From positions 12,322 to 76,321 of the forward strand of contig VBCA01000005.1 of NCBI GenBank assembly GCA_005881575.1: DNA of 64,000 nt. Reading direction: 5' to 3'. The translations under genes and the position numbers were made by a program. The notes beneath the pieces are model-generated. The model saw only the letters and a program-made list of their open reading frames with translations. It had not been told where the DNA came from and did not search any database. How positions within the stretch are numbered: the first letter of the stretch is position 1; each line of letters starts with the position of its first letter. Positions 36,051 through 44,547 of this stretch are shown piece by piece. This DNA comes from Betaproteobacteria bacterium. Its GTDB lineage: Bacteria > Pseudomonadota > Gammaproteobacteria > Burkholderiales > SG8-39.

Positions 36051-37855
36051 CTCGAGAACTCGGGAGTCCCAGCCTTGCCAGGGTTGGGCCGCGAAATGAA
36101 ATCCTCACCCGGAATCATCGTTCGGAACGAGCGGAAGTCGCCGTCGATGCTTGGATCCCTTATTACGACGGGGCGCAGAAAAACGACCAGCTCGGTCTTC
36201 GCGTTGTTGCGGTTGCGCGAGCTGAAGAGCGATCCGATGATCGGGATGGAGTTGATGATCGGAATGGTATCCTCGATATCGTTGACCGAGTCCTCGATCA
36301 ATCCGCCCAGCACCGCGATCTGGCCGCTGTTGACCTTGATCAGCGACTCCAATTCCCGCATACGCAATTGCGGAACCGGATTCTGCACCCCCGCCTTGGC
36401 CAGGTCGGGGTTGGGATCGTTGACGAATTTCACCAGCCGCGTCGTGGTCGGCTTCACATTCAGGAGGATCGTGTCGTTGTCGCTGATCTGAGGCGTGATG
36501 TTCATCACGAACCCCACCGGAACCGTGACCGGTGAGGTGTTTGTTGCCGTAGTGGCAGCCACATTTGCGGTCGCCACTATGGTTACCTGCACGGTGAAGT
36601 AAACAATGTTATCGACTACCCGAAGCAGCGCCGTTTGGTTGTTGAGGACCGAGATTTTGGGACTCGAGAGCACGCGCACCGTCCCGAAGGATTCAAGCAG
36701 CTGGAGAACGCCCGCGATGTTCGTTCCTCTCGAGACGGCGAGCGTGAGTAGATTCGGGATCGTGGAGGCACTCGGAAGGCTCGACGGCGGCGTTGCGCCA
36801 ATGCCGAACGGAAAGAGGGGGTTGGTCGTAACGTTCCCCGAGGAAATTTGGCTGCCCGAGATGGTCGTGAGCCCCCGCGTGCGCAGGGCCGACCAATCGA
36901 TGCCCTGCTGATACTGGTTGTTCAGCTGCACTTCGGCGATGGTCGCCTCGATCAGCACCTGGCGCCTTGCGTTCGCCAGGACTTGGTCGAGAAATTCCTG
37001 GATTTTTTCATGCTGCCGCGAGGTCGCGCGCACGATGACGAGGCCCGCTTCAGCATTGACGATCACCGCTGCCGCTTCCCGAAAGCTGACGTTGGGCGCG
37101 GTCGGCGCCTGGGGAGCGGATCCGGGCGCGCCCGTTGACGCCTGAACAAGGGTGGACTGGGGAGCGCCGGTGGGCAGGACCTTGTCGGTCTCGTGCAGGA
37201 TGTCCTTGATGTTCTTTTCGAGCGTGGCCCAGAACTTGTTGTCCGAAGTATTGCGGACCGTCGTGCTGGAGCTGTTGCCGCCGCCCGTCGCACCTGCCGC
37301 CCCGGCCCCTCCCCCGCCCGCGGTCCCGCCGCCGGTGCCGATTTGCGAAGAGACGCCGACGGTACCGGTGGAGGTGCGCTCCATGTTGAGGTAATCGATC
37401 CGGTATGTGTGCAGGTACGGGGAATCCGGCATGACGATCAGGTTCGGGCCGTCCAGTTCCCAGCGCATGTCGACCTGCTTGGAAATTCGCGACAGGAGCT
37501 GCGGCAAGGTCTGCTCGATCGCATTGAGCGTGACCGTCCCGGTGATTCCGGAATGAATGTCTATGTTCAGCTTGGCATCTCGCGCAAGCGCGAACAGGAG
37601 CTCCTGCGCCCTGACCCCGTTGACCACCACGCTGTAGGTCTCGGGTCGCTGGGTCGGTTTGGGTTTGGGCAGCAGCGTGGAGATTTGTATTGGGGCAGGC
37701 ACGGATCCGGAAGGCGCCGGCTCCTCGGCCCGAAGGTGCGTGCCCGATGGCTGAATTGGCGCGTGGGCGCACGCCCCGAGCACGAACAAAACACCCGCCA
37801 GCGAAATGCGTCGCAAGGTGGCCTCCGATTCCCTTTTTGCCCCGACCCGGAACAT
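36047..37855 (-). CDS. mshL: Secretin (MshL-like), predicted lipoprotein
   Basis: The C-terminal secretin domain reads VPQLRMRELESLIKVNSGQIAVLGGLI...IPIIGSLF...ELVVFLRPVVI. The start at 37855 gives a lipobox LFVLGA|C with Cys29. The ORF track extends to 38260 across the upstream gene. Confidence 0.85.
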   Translation of the reverse strand: MFRVGAKRESEATLRRISLAGVLFVLGACAHAPIQPSGTHLRAEEPAPSGSVPAPIQISTLLPKPKPTQRPETYSVVVNGVRAQELLFALARDAKLNIDIHSGITGTVTLNAIEQTLPQLLSRISKQVDMRWELDGPNLIVMPDSPYLHTYRIDYLNMERTSTGTVGVSSQIGTGGGTAGGGGAGAAGATGGGNSSSTTVRNTSDNKFWATLEKNIKDILHETDKVLPTGAPQSTLVQASTGAPGSAPQAPTAPNVSFREAAAVIVNAEAGLVIVRATSRQHEKIQEFLDQVLANARRQVLIEATIAEVQLNNQYQQGIDWSALRTRGLTTISGSQISSGNVTTNPLFPFGIGATPPSSLPSASTIPNLLTLAVSRGTNIAGVLQLLESFGTVRVLSSPKISVLNNQTALLRVVDNIVYFTVQVTIVATANVAATTATNTSPVTVPVGFVMNITPQISDNDTILLNVKPTTTRLVKFVNDPNPDLAKAGVQNPVPQLRMRELESLIKVNSGQIAVLGGLIEDSVNDIEDTIPIINSIPIIGSLFSSRNRNNAKTELVVFLRPVVIRDPSIDGDFRSFRTMIPGEDFISRPNPGKAGTPEFSR

Positions 37856-37965
37856 TTTTCCGTGGAAGTATAACAATACCACGTAACAAACTGATTTAAC
37901 AAACCAAAAGAACCACAGCGCCCCTCCGATTGGACCTTCGGCGGCCCGCGCAAACCGGGCGATTG

Positions 37966-39384
37966 TCATTGGCGATTCTGGCTGCGCATTCTCTCCACGC
38001 TCCGATAGTACGGATGGTACGCGGAAATCACCGGTGGCAATCCTCTTATGGCGGCCAGCGCTTGATCCGGGCTCGCGTAGGATCCGTAGGCGACACGGTA
38101 ATGCTGCTGGCCGTCGATCTTCACGCTGTACACGAAAAGCTCGCTGACCGGCAGGATCTTCGATATTCGAAGCAAGAAGTCTTCCAGTTGCCCTAGTTCT
38201 TTCGAATTGACGATGGCCAACTGGATTGCGTAGCGGCGCCCCGGGGCGCCCTTCAGCCACTCCTGCGTTGCGGCAAAGCGCCTGCGGGCGAGCTCACCTC
38301 CCCCGGGAGGCACCGGCTGCGCCGGTGTCGAGCTTTCCGCGCTGTGTTTGAGCGCCGACACATCCGCGCTCGCGGACGGAGACAAACCCGAAACAGGGGG
38401 CATCGCGGCTTGCGCAGACCGCGCAGGCGTTTCAGCCGCGGCGCTGCTCGCCGGTGCTGACGGGGGGCTGGACGCGTTGCTTGGCCGACCGGTCGGAAGG
38501 AGCATGTGGGTTCCCCATCCGAGCGCAAGGCCGGCGGCGAGCGCTGTCGCGCCGATCCAGATCCTTTGCATGCCGGTCCGTGCTCGATAGAACTCGGTGT
38601 CGCGCACGGCCCTTCTGGCTTCAGCGTGAGTGACGGCATGGGTGCCGGCCGCGTACGCGGCGAGCAGGGCCTTGTCCGAGAGAATGTTGACGCGGCGCGT
38701 GAGACCCTGTGAGGCGCTTGCAATGAGCTTGATTGCTCTCGGATTGAAAACCGCGGGACCCCGGTAGCCCGCGGCGCGCATGCGAAAGTCGATGTAGCTC
38801 TCGATATCGCTGCGCACCAGGGGTTCCAAGTGAAAGCTTTGCGTGATGCGCTCCCTCAGCTGCCGCATGCCCGCCGTGTCGAGGTGCTCGTCGAGCTCGG
38901 ACTGCCCGAAGAGCACGATCTGCAGCAGCTTGTGGCGATTCGATTCGAGATTCGACAACAGCCGGATCTCCTCGAGGGTTTCGTCGGGCATCGCGTGCGC
39001 TTCGTCGATCAGCACCACCACCCGGCGGCCCTCGCCGAAGAGGCGGATGAGATGCTCCTGCAGCGCCCGAAGAATGCGCGGTCCTTTTTCCAGCGGGAGC
39101 TTCAGCTCGTCGCCGATTGCGAACAGGATTTCGTCGCGCGACAGCGACGGATTGGCGAGGTAGATGGTTTCGACCGTCGCAGGCAGCCGCTCCATCAGCA
39201 CGCGGCACAACATCGTCTTGCCGCTGCCGACCTCGCCGGAGACCTTGACGATGCCCTCGTCATGGGTAATGGCGTAGAGCAGGGCTTCGAGGGTCGCCCC
39301 GCGGTTGGCGCCCTGAAAGAAGAAATCGGTGTCGGGGGTGATGCGAAAGGGCGGCTCTTTCAACCCGAAATGGTCCAGATACAT
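37966..39384 (-). CDS. mshM: ExeA/MshM-type AAA ATPase with a C-terminal SPOR-like domain
   Basis: It reads MYLDHFGLKEPPFRITPDTDFFF...SGEVGSGKTMLCR (ExeA/MshM signature). It has one TM (IWIGATALAAGLALGWGTHML), and the tail YAIQLAIV...QQHYRVAYGSYASPDQALAAIRGLP resembles SPOR. Confidence 0.8.
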   Translation of the reverse strand: MYLDHFGLKEPPFRITPDTDFFFQGANRGATLEALLYAITHDEGIVKVSGEVGSGKTMLCRVLMERLPATVETIYLANPSLSRDEILFAIGDELKLPLEKGPRILRALQEHLIRLFGEGRRVVVLIDEAHAMPDETLEEIRLLSNLESNRHKLLQIVLFGQSELDEHLDTAGMRQLRERITQSFHLEPLVRSDIESYIDFRMRAAGYRGPAVFNPRAIKLIASASQGLTRRVNILSDKALLAAYAAGTHAVTHAEARRAVRDTEFYRARTGMQRIWIGATALAAGLALGWGTHMLLPTGRPSNASSPPSAPASSAAAETPARSAQAAMPPVSGLSPSASADVSALKHSAESSTPAQPVPPGGGELARRRFAATQEWLKGAPGRRYAIQLAIVNSKELGQLEDFLLRISKILPVSELFVYSVKIDGQQHYRVAYGSYASPDQALAAIRGLPPVISAYHPYYRSVERMRSQNRQ

Positions 39385-39412
39385 CGATCCCTCCCGGAGC
39401 GGGCCGCTGGCC

Positions 39413-40837
39413 CTATTGCTGCTTCTGCGCCGATTCCATGCGGGAGTACAAGGTCGTTCGATTGATGCCGAGCATCTTGGCCGCCTGACTGACGTTGCCT
39501 CGCGTGAGCTTCATCGCGGCCTCGATGTACCCCTGTTCCCACGCCTTGAGCATCTGATCGAGATTGAAGCTGCGCTCGCGCTGCAGATGGCGCTGCGCCT
39601 GCTCGATGAGCGTTCCCGGATCCGACGGCAATCCCGGTGCGCCGTCGGCCTGCGCTTCCAAATCGAATTCGGGCTCGAGTTCCGCAAGGGACAGCTTCTG
39701 CCCGGCGTACTTGGTGGTCAGCCGGATGACGACGTTGCGCAGCTCGCGCACGTTGCCCGGAAAGTGATAGTCGCGCCAGGCCTTTTGCGCTGAATCGTCC
39801 AGCGCGAACGGCGCGAGCTTCGCTTGCTCCGCGTAGAACTTGCGGTAGTGCTCGAGCAGCAGCGTGCGATCGTCGTCCATCTCGCGCAGCGACGGCACCT
39901 CGATCGTGAACACCGACAGCCGGTGATACAGGTCGGCGCGGAAGTTCCCTTTCCTGACTTCCTGGCGCAGGTCGCGATTGGTGGCGGCGATCACCCGGGA
40001 ACGCGAGAAACGCTGCTGGGTCTCGCCGACACGCTGGAACTCGCCGTTCTCGAGCACGCGCAGAAGCTTGGCTTGCAGCTCCAGGGGCAACTCGCCGATC
40101 TCATCCAGAAACAGCGTTCCGTCGCTCGCATCTTCGAAATAGCCTGATTTGTTCTGCGTCGCGCCGGTGAACGCGCCCTTGGTGTAGCCGAAAAGCGTGG
40201 GCTCGACCAAGGTCGGCGCGATCGCCGCGCAGTTCAGAGCGAACCACGGCTTCACGCGCCTCCACGAAAGGCGATGGAGAAGGTTCGCCACCACTTCCTT
40301 GCCGGTCCCGGATTCGCCTTCGATGAGCGCCGGAAAGGGCGAGTCGGCGTATTGGCTGATCTGACTCTTCAGCTTCTGCAGCGCGGGGCTCTTGCCGACC
40401 AGGGGGTCGGTCTCGGCGATTCCTTCTCCCGAAATTTCGGCCGCGCGAAACTGGAGGGCGTGCAGCAGGATCTTCTTGAGATTCTCCGGATCGCTCGGCT
40501 TGGCGACGAACTCCGCCGCGCCGAGCGTGCGCGCGTGCCTCGCGTTGGCAGCGTCGTTCTGGCCAGAGAGCACCAGGATCTTCATGGTCGGGGAATGCGC
40601 GAGCAAGTCGCTGATCAGCTGGAAGCCCTCGTCGGGCCGGTGGGGCATGGGGGGTAGGCCGAGATCGACCAGCGCGAGCTGCGGGGCCTCGTCGAGCTGC
40701 CTCAGCAGACTCACGGCATGGTGGCGCGAATCGCTTACCATGACCTCGAAGTCCTTTCCGAGCGCGTAGGACAGGGTCTCGGTGATGAGTGGATCGTCGT
40801 CGACGATCAACAGGCTGGGATGGCGATCTTCAGGCAT
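39413..40837 (-). CDS. Sigma-54-dependent response regulator (PilR/PrsR-like)
   Basis: 474 aa. It has a receiver domain (LLIVDDDP...DLGLPP...PDEGF), an AAA+ domain with Walker A GESGTGKE and the GAFTGA sigma-54 contact motif, and a C-terminal Fis-type HTH ([21 protein letters not shown]). Confidence 0.9.
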   Translation of the reverse strand: MPEDRHPSLLIVDDDPLITETLSYALGKDFEVMVSDSRHHAVSLLRQLDEAPQLALVDLGLPPMPHRPDEGFQLISDLLAHSPTMKILVLSGQNDAANARHARTLGAAEFVAKPSDPENLKKILLHALQFRAAEISGEGIAETDPLVGKSPALQKLKSQISQYADSPFPALIEGESGTGKEVVANLLHRLSWRRVKPWFALNCAAIAPTLVEPTLFGYTKGAFTGATQNKSGYFEDASDGTLFLDEIGELPLELQAKLLRVLENGEFQRVGETQQRFSRSRVIAATNRDLRQEVRKGNFRADLYHRLSVFTIEVPSLREMDDDRTLLLEHYRKFYAEQAKLAPFALDDSAQKAWRDYHFPGNVRELRNVVIRLTTKYAGQKLSLAELEPEFDLEAQADGAPGLPSDPGTLIEQAQRHLQRERSFNLDQMLKAWEQGYIEAAMKLTRGNVSQAAKMLGINRTTLYSRMESAQKQQ

Positions 40838-41555
40838 GGGCTTCGATGCATTTCAGGAAGGCGCGCTCCAGCGACGTTTCCCCGTAGCGCTCGCGCAGCC
40901 CGCCGGGCGAGCCCGCGTAGGCCATCGTTCCCTCGTGGAGAACGGTGACGCGGTCGCAGACCTCCTCGACGTCGGCGAGCGAATGCGAGGTGAAAAGCAG
41001 GGTTCGCCCCTCGGACTTGAGGTTCAGGAGCAGGTCCCTGGCGCGATCGCGTGCCTTGGGGTCCAGGCCGCTCATCGGCTCGTCGAGAACGTACAGATCG
41101 CGTTGCGAAAGAAAGCAGGCGGCAAGCCCCAGTTTCTGGGTCATGCCCTTCGAATAGGCGCGGACCGGCTTGTCGAGGGCAGCGACCTCCAGATCGAGCG
41201 CAGCGAACATTGCGCGAACGCGCTCCTCCTCGTATCGGCATTCGAACAATCGCAGCATCATCGCTATGAACTCGCGACCGGTGAGAAAGTATGGGGCGGT
41301 AAATCGCTCGGGCAGGAACGCAAGACGCGCGCGGGCCCGCGGACGGCGGTGCGCGGTGCCGTGGATCTCGATCGCACCCGAATCGAGGTCGCAGAAGTCG
41401 AGCAGGCACTTGATCAAGGTGGTCTTGCCGGCGCCGTTCACACCGGCCAGGCCCACGCACTCGCCCGAATGAACGTCGAGATCGATTCCGCGCAGCACTT
41501 CGGCGCGACCAAAGCTCTTGCTCACTCCGAGGAATCGAACCGACGGCTCGGGCAT
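40830..41555 (-). CDS. ABC transporter ATP-binding protein (ABC-2 subtype), first gene of the pilus operon
   Basis: 241 aa from the ATG at 41555, with Walker A GVNGAGKTT, signature YSKGMTQKLGLA and Walker B LYVLDEP. Its stop overlaps the regulator start by 8 nt. The remainder of the 561-aa track ORF is antisense to mlaF. Confidence 0.85.
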   Translation of the reverse strand: MPEPSVRFLGVSKSFGRAEVLRGIDLDVHSGECVGLAGVNGAGKTTLIKCLLDFCDLDSGAIEIHGTAHRRPRARARLAFLPERFTAPYFLTGREFIAMMLRLFECRYEEERVRAMFAALDLEVAALDKPVRAYSKGMTQKLGLAACFLSQRDLYVLDEPMSGLDPKARDRARDLLLNLKSEGRTLLFTSHSLADVEEVCDRVTVLHEGTMAYAGSPGGLRERYGETSLERAFLKCIEAHA

Positions 41556-41717
41556 AAGGCAGCCCTTCGTGGGGAGGCGTCGATGATAGCGCAAAGACGG
41601 CGCTCTTTCACGGCGAAACTCCGATTGCCGCGCGATCGCTCGAGAGCGGCCCAGGTATGTCGTGGCGCGCCTTTCTGGGCTAGAATTCGCCCTTCGCGTA
41701 ATCCCGAGCAGGAAATC

Positions 41718-42518
41718 GTGGCGACAAGCAATCTGGTCGAGGTCCAGAACGTCACGTTCGGCTACGACGAGCGCCAGGTTTTGAAAGACATCAACCTCGT
41801 CGTTCCCCAAGGCAAGGTGGTCGCCATCATGGGTTTGTCCGGGTGCGGGAAAACAACGCTCCTTCGTGTGATCGGCGGAGCGCTTTTGCCCGACCGCGGT
41901 GAAGTTCGCGTCGCCGGCCGCGTGGTCAACAAACTCAGCGATCCGGAGCTTTTCGCTCTGCGGCGCAGGATGGGCATGCTGTTCCAGTTCGGCGCCCTTT
42001 TCACCGATCTGTCCTCGTTCGAAAACGTGGCGTTCCAGATGCGCGAGCACACGAACCTGCCTGAGTCGATCATTCGCGACCTCGCGCTCATGAAGCTGCA
42101 GGCGGTGGGCTTGCGCGGCGCCGCGGATCTCATGCCCTCGGAGCTCTCCGGCGGCATGGCGCGTCGCGTGGCGCTCGCGCGCTCGATTGCGCTCGACCCG
42201 ATGCTCATGATGTATGACGAACCTTTCACGGGCCTCGACCCGATTTCCCTCGGAGTCATCGGCCAGCTGATCCGGCGGCTCAACGACTCGCTCGGCGCGA
42301 CTTCGATCGTCGTAACTCACGACGTCGCCGAAGCGCTCGAACTGGTCGACTACGTCTACTACATGTCCGTAGGAAAGGTCGAATTTCAAGGCACCCCCGA
42401 CCAGGTGCGTGCGGCGGGACTTTCGTCGCTTCGCCAGTTCGTCTATGGCGAGCCCGATGGGCCGGTCCCGTTCCATTACCCGGCGCCGGATTATCGGCAG
42501 GATCTGCTCGCGCAATGA
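41718..42518 (+). CDS. mlaF: Phospholipid ABC transporter ATP-binding protein MlaF
   Basis: It has a GTG start, [11 protein letters not shown] and Walker [10 protein letters not shown]. It is followed by mlaE/D/A/C/B. Confidence 0.9.
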   Translation: MATSNLVEVQNVTFGYDERQVLKDINLVVPQGKVVAIMGLSGCGKTTLLRVIGGALLPDRGEVRVAGRVVNKLSDPELFALRRRMGMLFQFGALFTDLSSFENVAFQMREHTNLPESIIRDLALMKLQAVGLRGAADLMPSELSGGMARRVALARSIALDPMLMMYDEPFTGLDPISLGVIGQLIRRLNDSLGATSIVVTHDVAEALELVDYVYYMSVGKVEFQGTPDQVRAAGLSSLRQFVYGEPDGPVPFHYPAPDYRQDLLAQ

Positions 42519-43312
42519 CCGGGCGCATCGCGGAGCTCCTGCGCGCGCTCGGCGCGCGCATCATCAACAACTGGGTCTGGCGCCTCGGGTTCGCGTTCCG
42601 CTTCCTGTGGTTCACGCTCAAGGAGTCGGGGGCGAGCTTTCGGCGCTTCCATCTGACGATTCGCGAAATCTACTTCACCGGGGTGCTGTCGCTCATCATC
42701 ATCCTCGTGTCGGGGCTGTTCGTCGGGATGGTCCTGGCCCTGCAGGGCTACGACACGCTCGTGCGGTTCGGTTCCTCGGAGGTACTCGGGGTGCTGGTGA
42801 GCCTGTCGCTGGTGCGTGAGCTTGGCCCCGTCGTCGCGGGATTGCTCTTTGCCAGCCGCGCGGGGAGCGCGATTACCGCGGAGATCGGGTTGATGAAAGC
42901 GACCGAGCAGCTTGCGGCGATGGAAATGATGGCGGTCGATCCCATCGCTCGCGTGGTCGCTCCACGTTTTTGGGCCGGCGTGATTTCCATGCCCCTGCTC
43001 GCGGCGCTTTTCTCCGCGATGGGGGTGTTCGGCGGCTACCTCGTCGGCGTGCAGCTGATCGGTGTCGACGAGGGCTCGTTCTGGTCGCAGATGCAGGCGG
43101 CGGTGGATTTTCGCGAAGACGTCTTGAACGGCGTGATCAAGAGCCTGGTTTTCGGGGTGGCGGTGGCCTGGATCGCCGTGTATGAAGGCTACGACGCGGC
43201 GCCGACCGCCGAGGGCGTTTCGGGCGCGACCACGCGTACGGTGGTCACTTCGTCGCTCGCGATCCTCGCGCTCGACGTCGTATTGACGGCACTGATGTTC
43301 AGAGGAACCTAG
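42515..43312 (+). CDS. mlaE: Phospholipid ABC transporter permease MlaE
   Basis: 265 aa of the MlaE/YrbE permease family, with a 4-nt overlap with mlaF. Confidence 0.9.
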   Translation: MTGRIAELLRALGARIINNWVWRLGFAFRFLWFTLKESGASFRRFHLTIREIYFTGVLSLIIILVSGLFVGMVLALQGYDTLVRFGSSEVLGVLVSLSLVRELGPVVAGLLFASRAGSAITAEIGLMKATEQLAAMEMMAVDPIARVVAPRFWAGVISMPLLAALFSAMGVFGGYLVGVQLIGVDEGSFWSQMQAAVDFREDVLNGVIKSLVFGVAVAWIAVYEGYDAAPTAEGVSGATTRTVVTSSLAILALDVVLTALMFRGT

Positions 43313-43314
43313 TC

Positions 43315-43788
43315 ATGATGACGCGCAAAGAACTGGACCTGTGGGTGGGGATTTTCGCGGTGATCGGCATCGGCGCGATGCTGTTCCTGTCCCTGAAGGT
43401 GGCGAACCTCGCCTCGTTTTCGGCAGGGGATACGTATCAGATTCAGGCCAAGTTCGACAACATCGGAAGCCTAAAAGTCCGCGCGCCGGTGAAAAGCGCC
43501 GGCGTGGTCGTCGGCCGGGTCAGCGAGATTCATTTCGACAACGAGAGCTTCGAGGCGGTGGTGACGCTCAACGTCGATGGCCGCTTCAAGTTTCCCAAGG
43601 ACAGTTCGGCGAAGATCATGACCGCGGGCCTGCTCGGCGAGCAGTACATCGGCGTGTCGCCCGGCGGCGATTCGGTCAACCTGAAAGGCGGCGATACCTT
43701 GAAACTCACGCAGTCCGCGGTCGTGCTGGAGAATTTGATCGGTCAGTTCCTGTACAATAAAGCCGCCGAAGGGGACGGCAAGAAGTAG
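43315..43788 (+). CDS. mlaD: MCE-domain substrate-binding protein MlaD
   Basis: 157 aa with an N-terminal anchor and an MCE domain (F.NIGSLKVRAPVK.AGV.VGRV). Confidence 0.9.
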   Translation: MMTRKELDLWVGIFAVIGIGAMLFLSLKVANLASFSAGDTYQIQAKFDNIGSLKVRAPVKSAGVVVGRVSEIHFDNESFEAVVTLNVDGRFKFPKDSSAKIMTAGLLGEQYIGVSPGGDSVNLKGGDTLKLTQSAVVLENLIGQFLYNKAAEGDGKK

Positions 43789-43809
43789 GATTGAAGGAAA
43801 GCCGACCGC

Positions 43810-44532
43810 GTGGTGAAAGCGAAGAGGCTGTGCGCGGTGCTGCTGCTGGCGGGAACGTCGGCTGGCTGCGCCACTTCTGGTGGCAACCCGGCCGATCCTC
43901 TCGAGCCGCTCAACCGGGCGGTGTTCGGCTTCAACGATGCCGCGGACAGGGCGGTGATCAAACCGGTTGCGAGAGCCTACCGCGCCGTGCTGCCGGGAAC
44001 CGTCCGCACCGGTGTTTCGAATTTCTTTTCCAACCTCGAGGACATCTGGATTTCGATGAATGACGTGCTGCAAGGCAAATTTCAGCATGGGGTAGACGAC
44101 TTGGGGCGGTTTCTCTTCAATTCGACGTTCGGGATCGCCGGCATTTTCGACTTCGCCTCCGAGTTGGGATTCCCAAAGCACAATGAAGATTTCGGCCAGA
44201 CCTTGGGTTCCTGGGGCGTCGGCAGCGGCGCGTACCTGGTTCTGCCGATCCTCGGTCCTTCCACGATCCGCGACGGTTTCGGCTTGCTGCTCGATACCCA
44301 AGCCGACCTTGTTTTCCAGATCGACGGGGTTCCCGTGCACAACTCCCTCTACGCGACGCGCGCGATCGGCGCCCGTGCCAACCTGCTCGATGCCTCGAGC
44401 GTTATCGAACAGGCCGCGCTCGACAAATACGCGTTCGTGCGCGATGCCTGGCTGCAGCGCCGACGCAACCTCGTCTACGACGGTGACCCGCCGAGGGAAC
44501 GTGAGGAACCGGATGATGAATCCACCAAGTGA
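43810..44532 (+). CDS. mlaA: Outer-membrane lipoprotein MlaA (VacJ)
   Basis: It has a lipobox (LLLAGTSAGC) and the DPLEPLNRAVFGFND VacJ signature. Confidence 0.9.
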   Translation: MVKAKRLCAVLLLAGTSAGCATSGGNPADPLEPLNRAVFGFNDAADRAVIKPVARAYRAVLPGTVRTGVSNFFSNLEDIWISMNDVLQGKFQHGVDDLGRFLFNSTFGIAGIFDFASELGFPKHNEDFGQTLGSWGVGSGAYLVLPILGPSTIRDGFGLLLDTQADLVFQIDGVPVHNSLYATRAIGARANLLDASSVIEQAALDKYAFVRDAWLQRRRNLVYDGDPPREREEPDDESTK

Positions 44533-44547
44533 TCGGATCGAATCGCC

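Noticed and set aside
36047-38260. The secretin as a 737-aa protein starting at 38260, or at the ATGA-coupled ATG at 37969.
   Set aside because: The 38260 start would overlap the 3' end of mshM by about 300 nt in another frame. The ATG at 37855 yields a clean lipoprotein signal peptide directly. The 37969 option is kept only as a low-probability alternative (see findings).
39385-39412. A GG-N10-GC match (GGCCAGCGGCCCGC) between the regulator and mshM as a possible sigma-54 promoter.
   Set aside because: Only the invariant dinucleotides match. The flanking bases do not resemble TGGCAC/TTGC, such matches are expected by chance in GC-rich DNA, and the transcription start would fall on the ribosome-binding site.
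19466-41717. The accessory block as a recently acquired genomic island or mobile element.
   Set aside because: There is no integrase, transposase, flanking direct repeats or tRNA at either border. Base composition looks similar to the flanks by eye. It is more likely an old, lineage-specific locus. Compositional statistics were not computed.
40830-42515. A 561-aa minus-strand ORF that might suggest a large fusion protein.
   Set aside because: Only the C-terminal 241 aa (ATG at 41555) form a complete ABC ATPase. The upstream part is antisense to mlaF and has no motifs.
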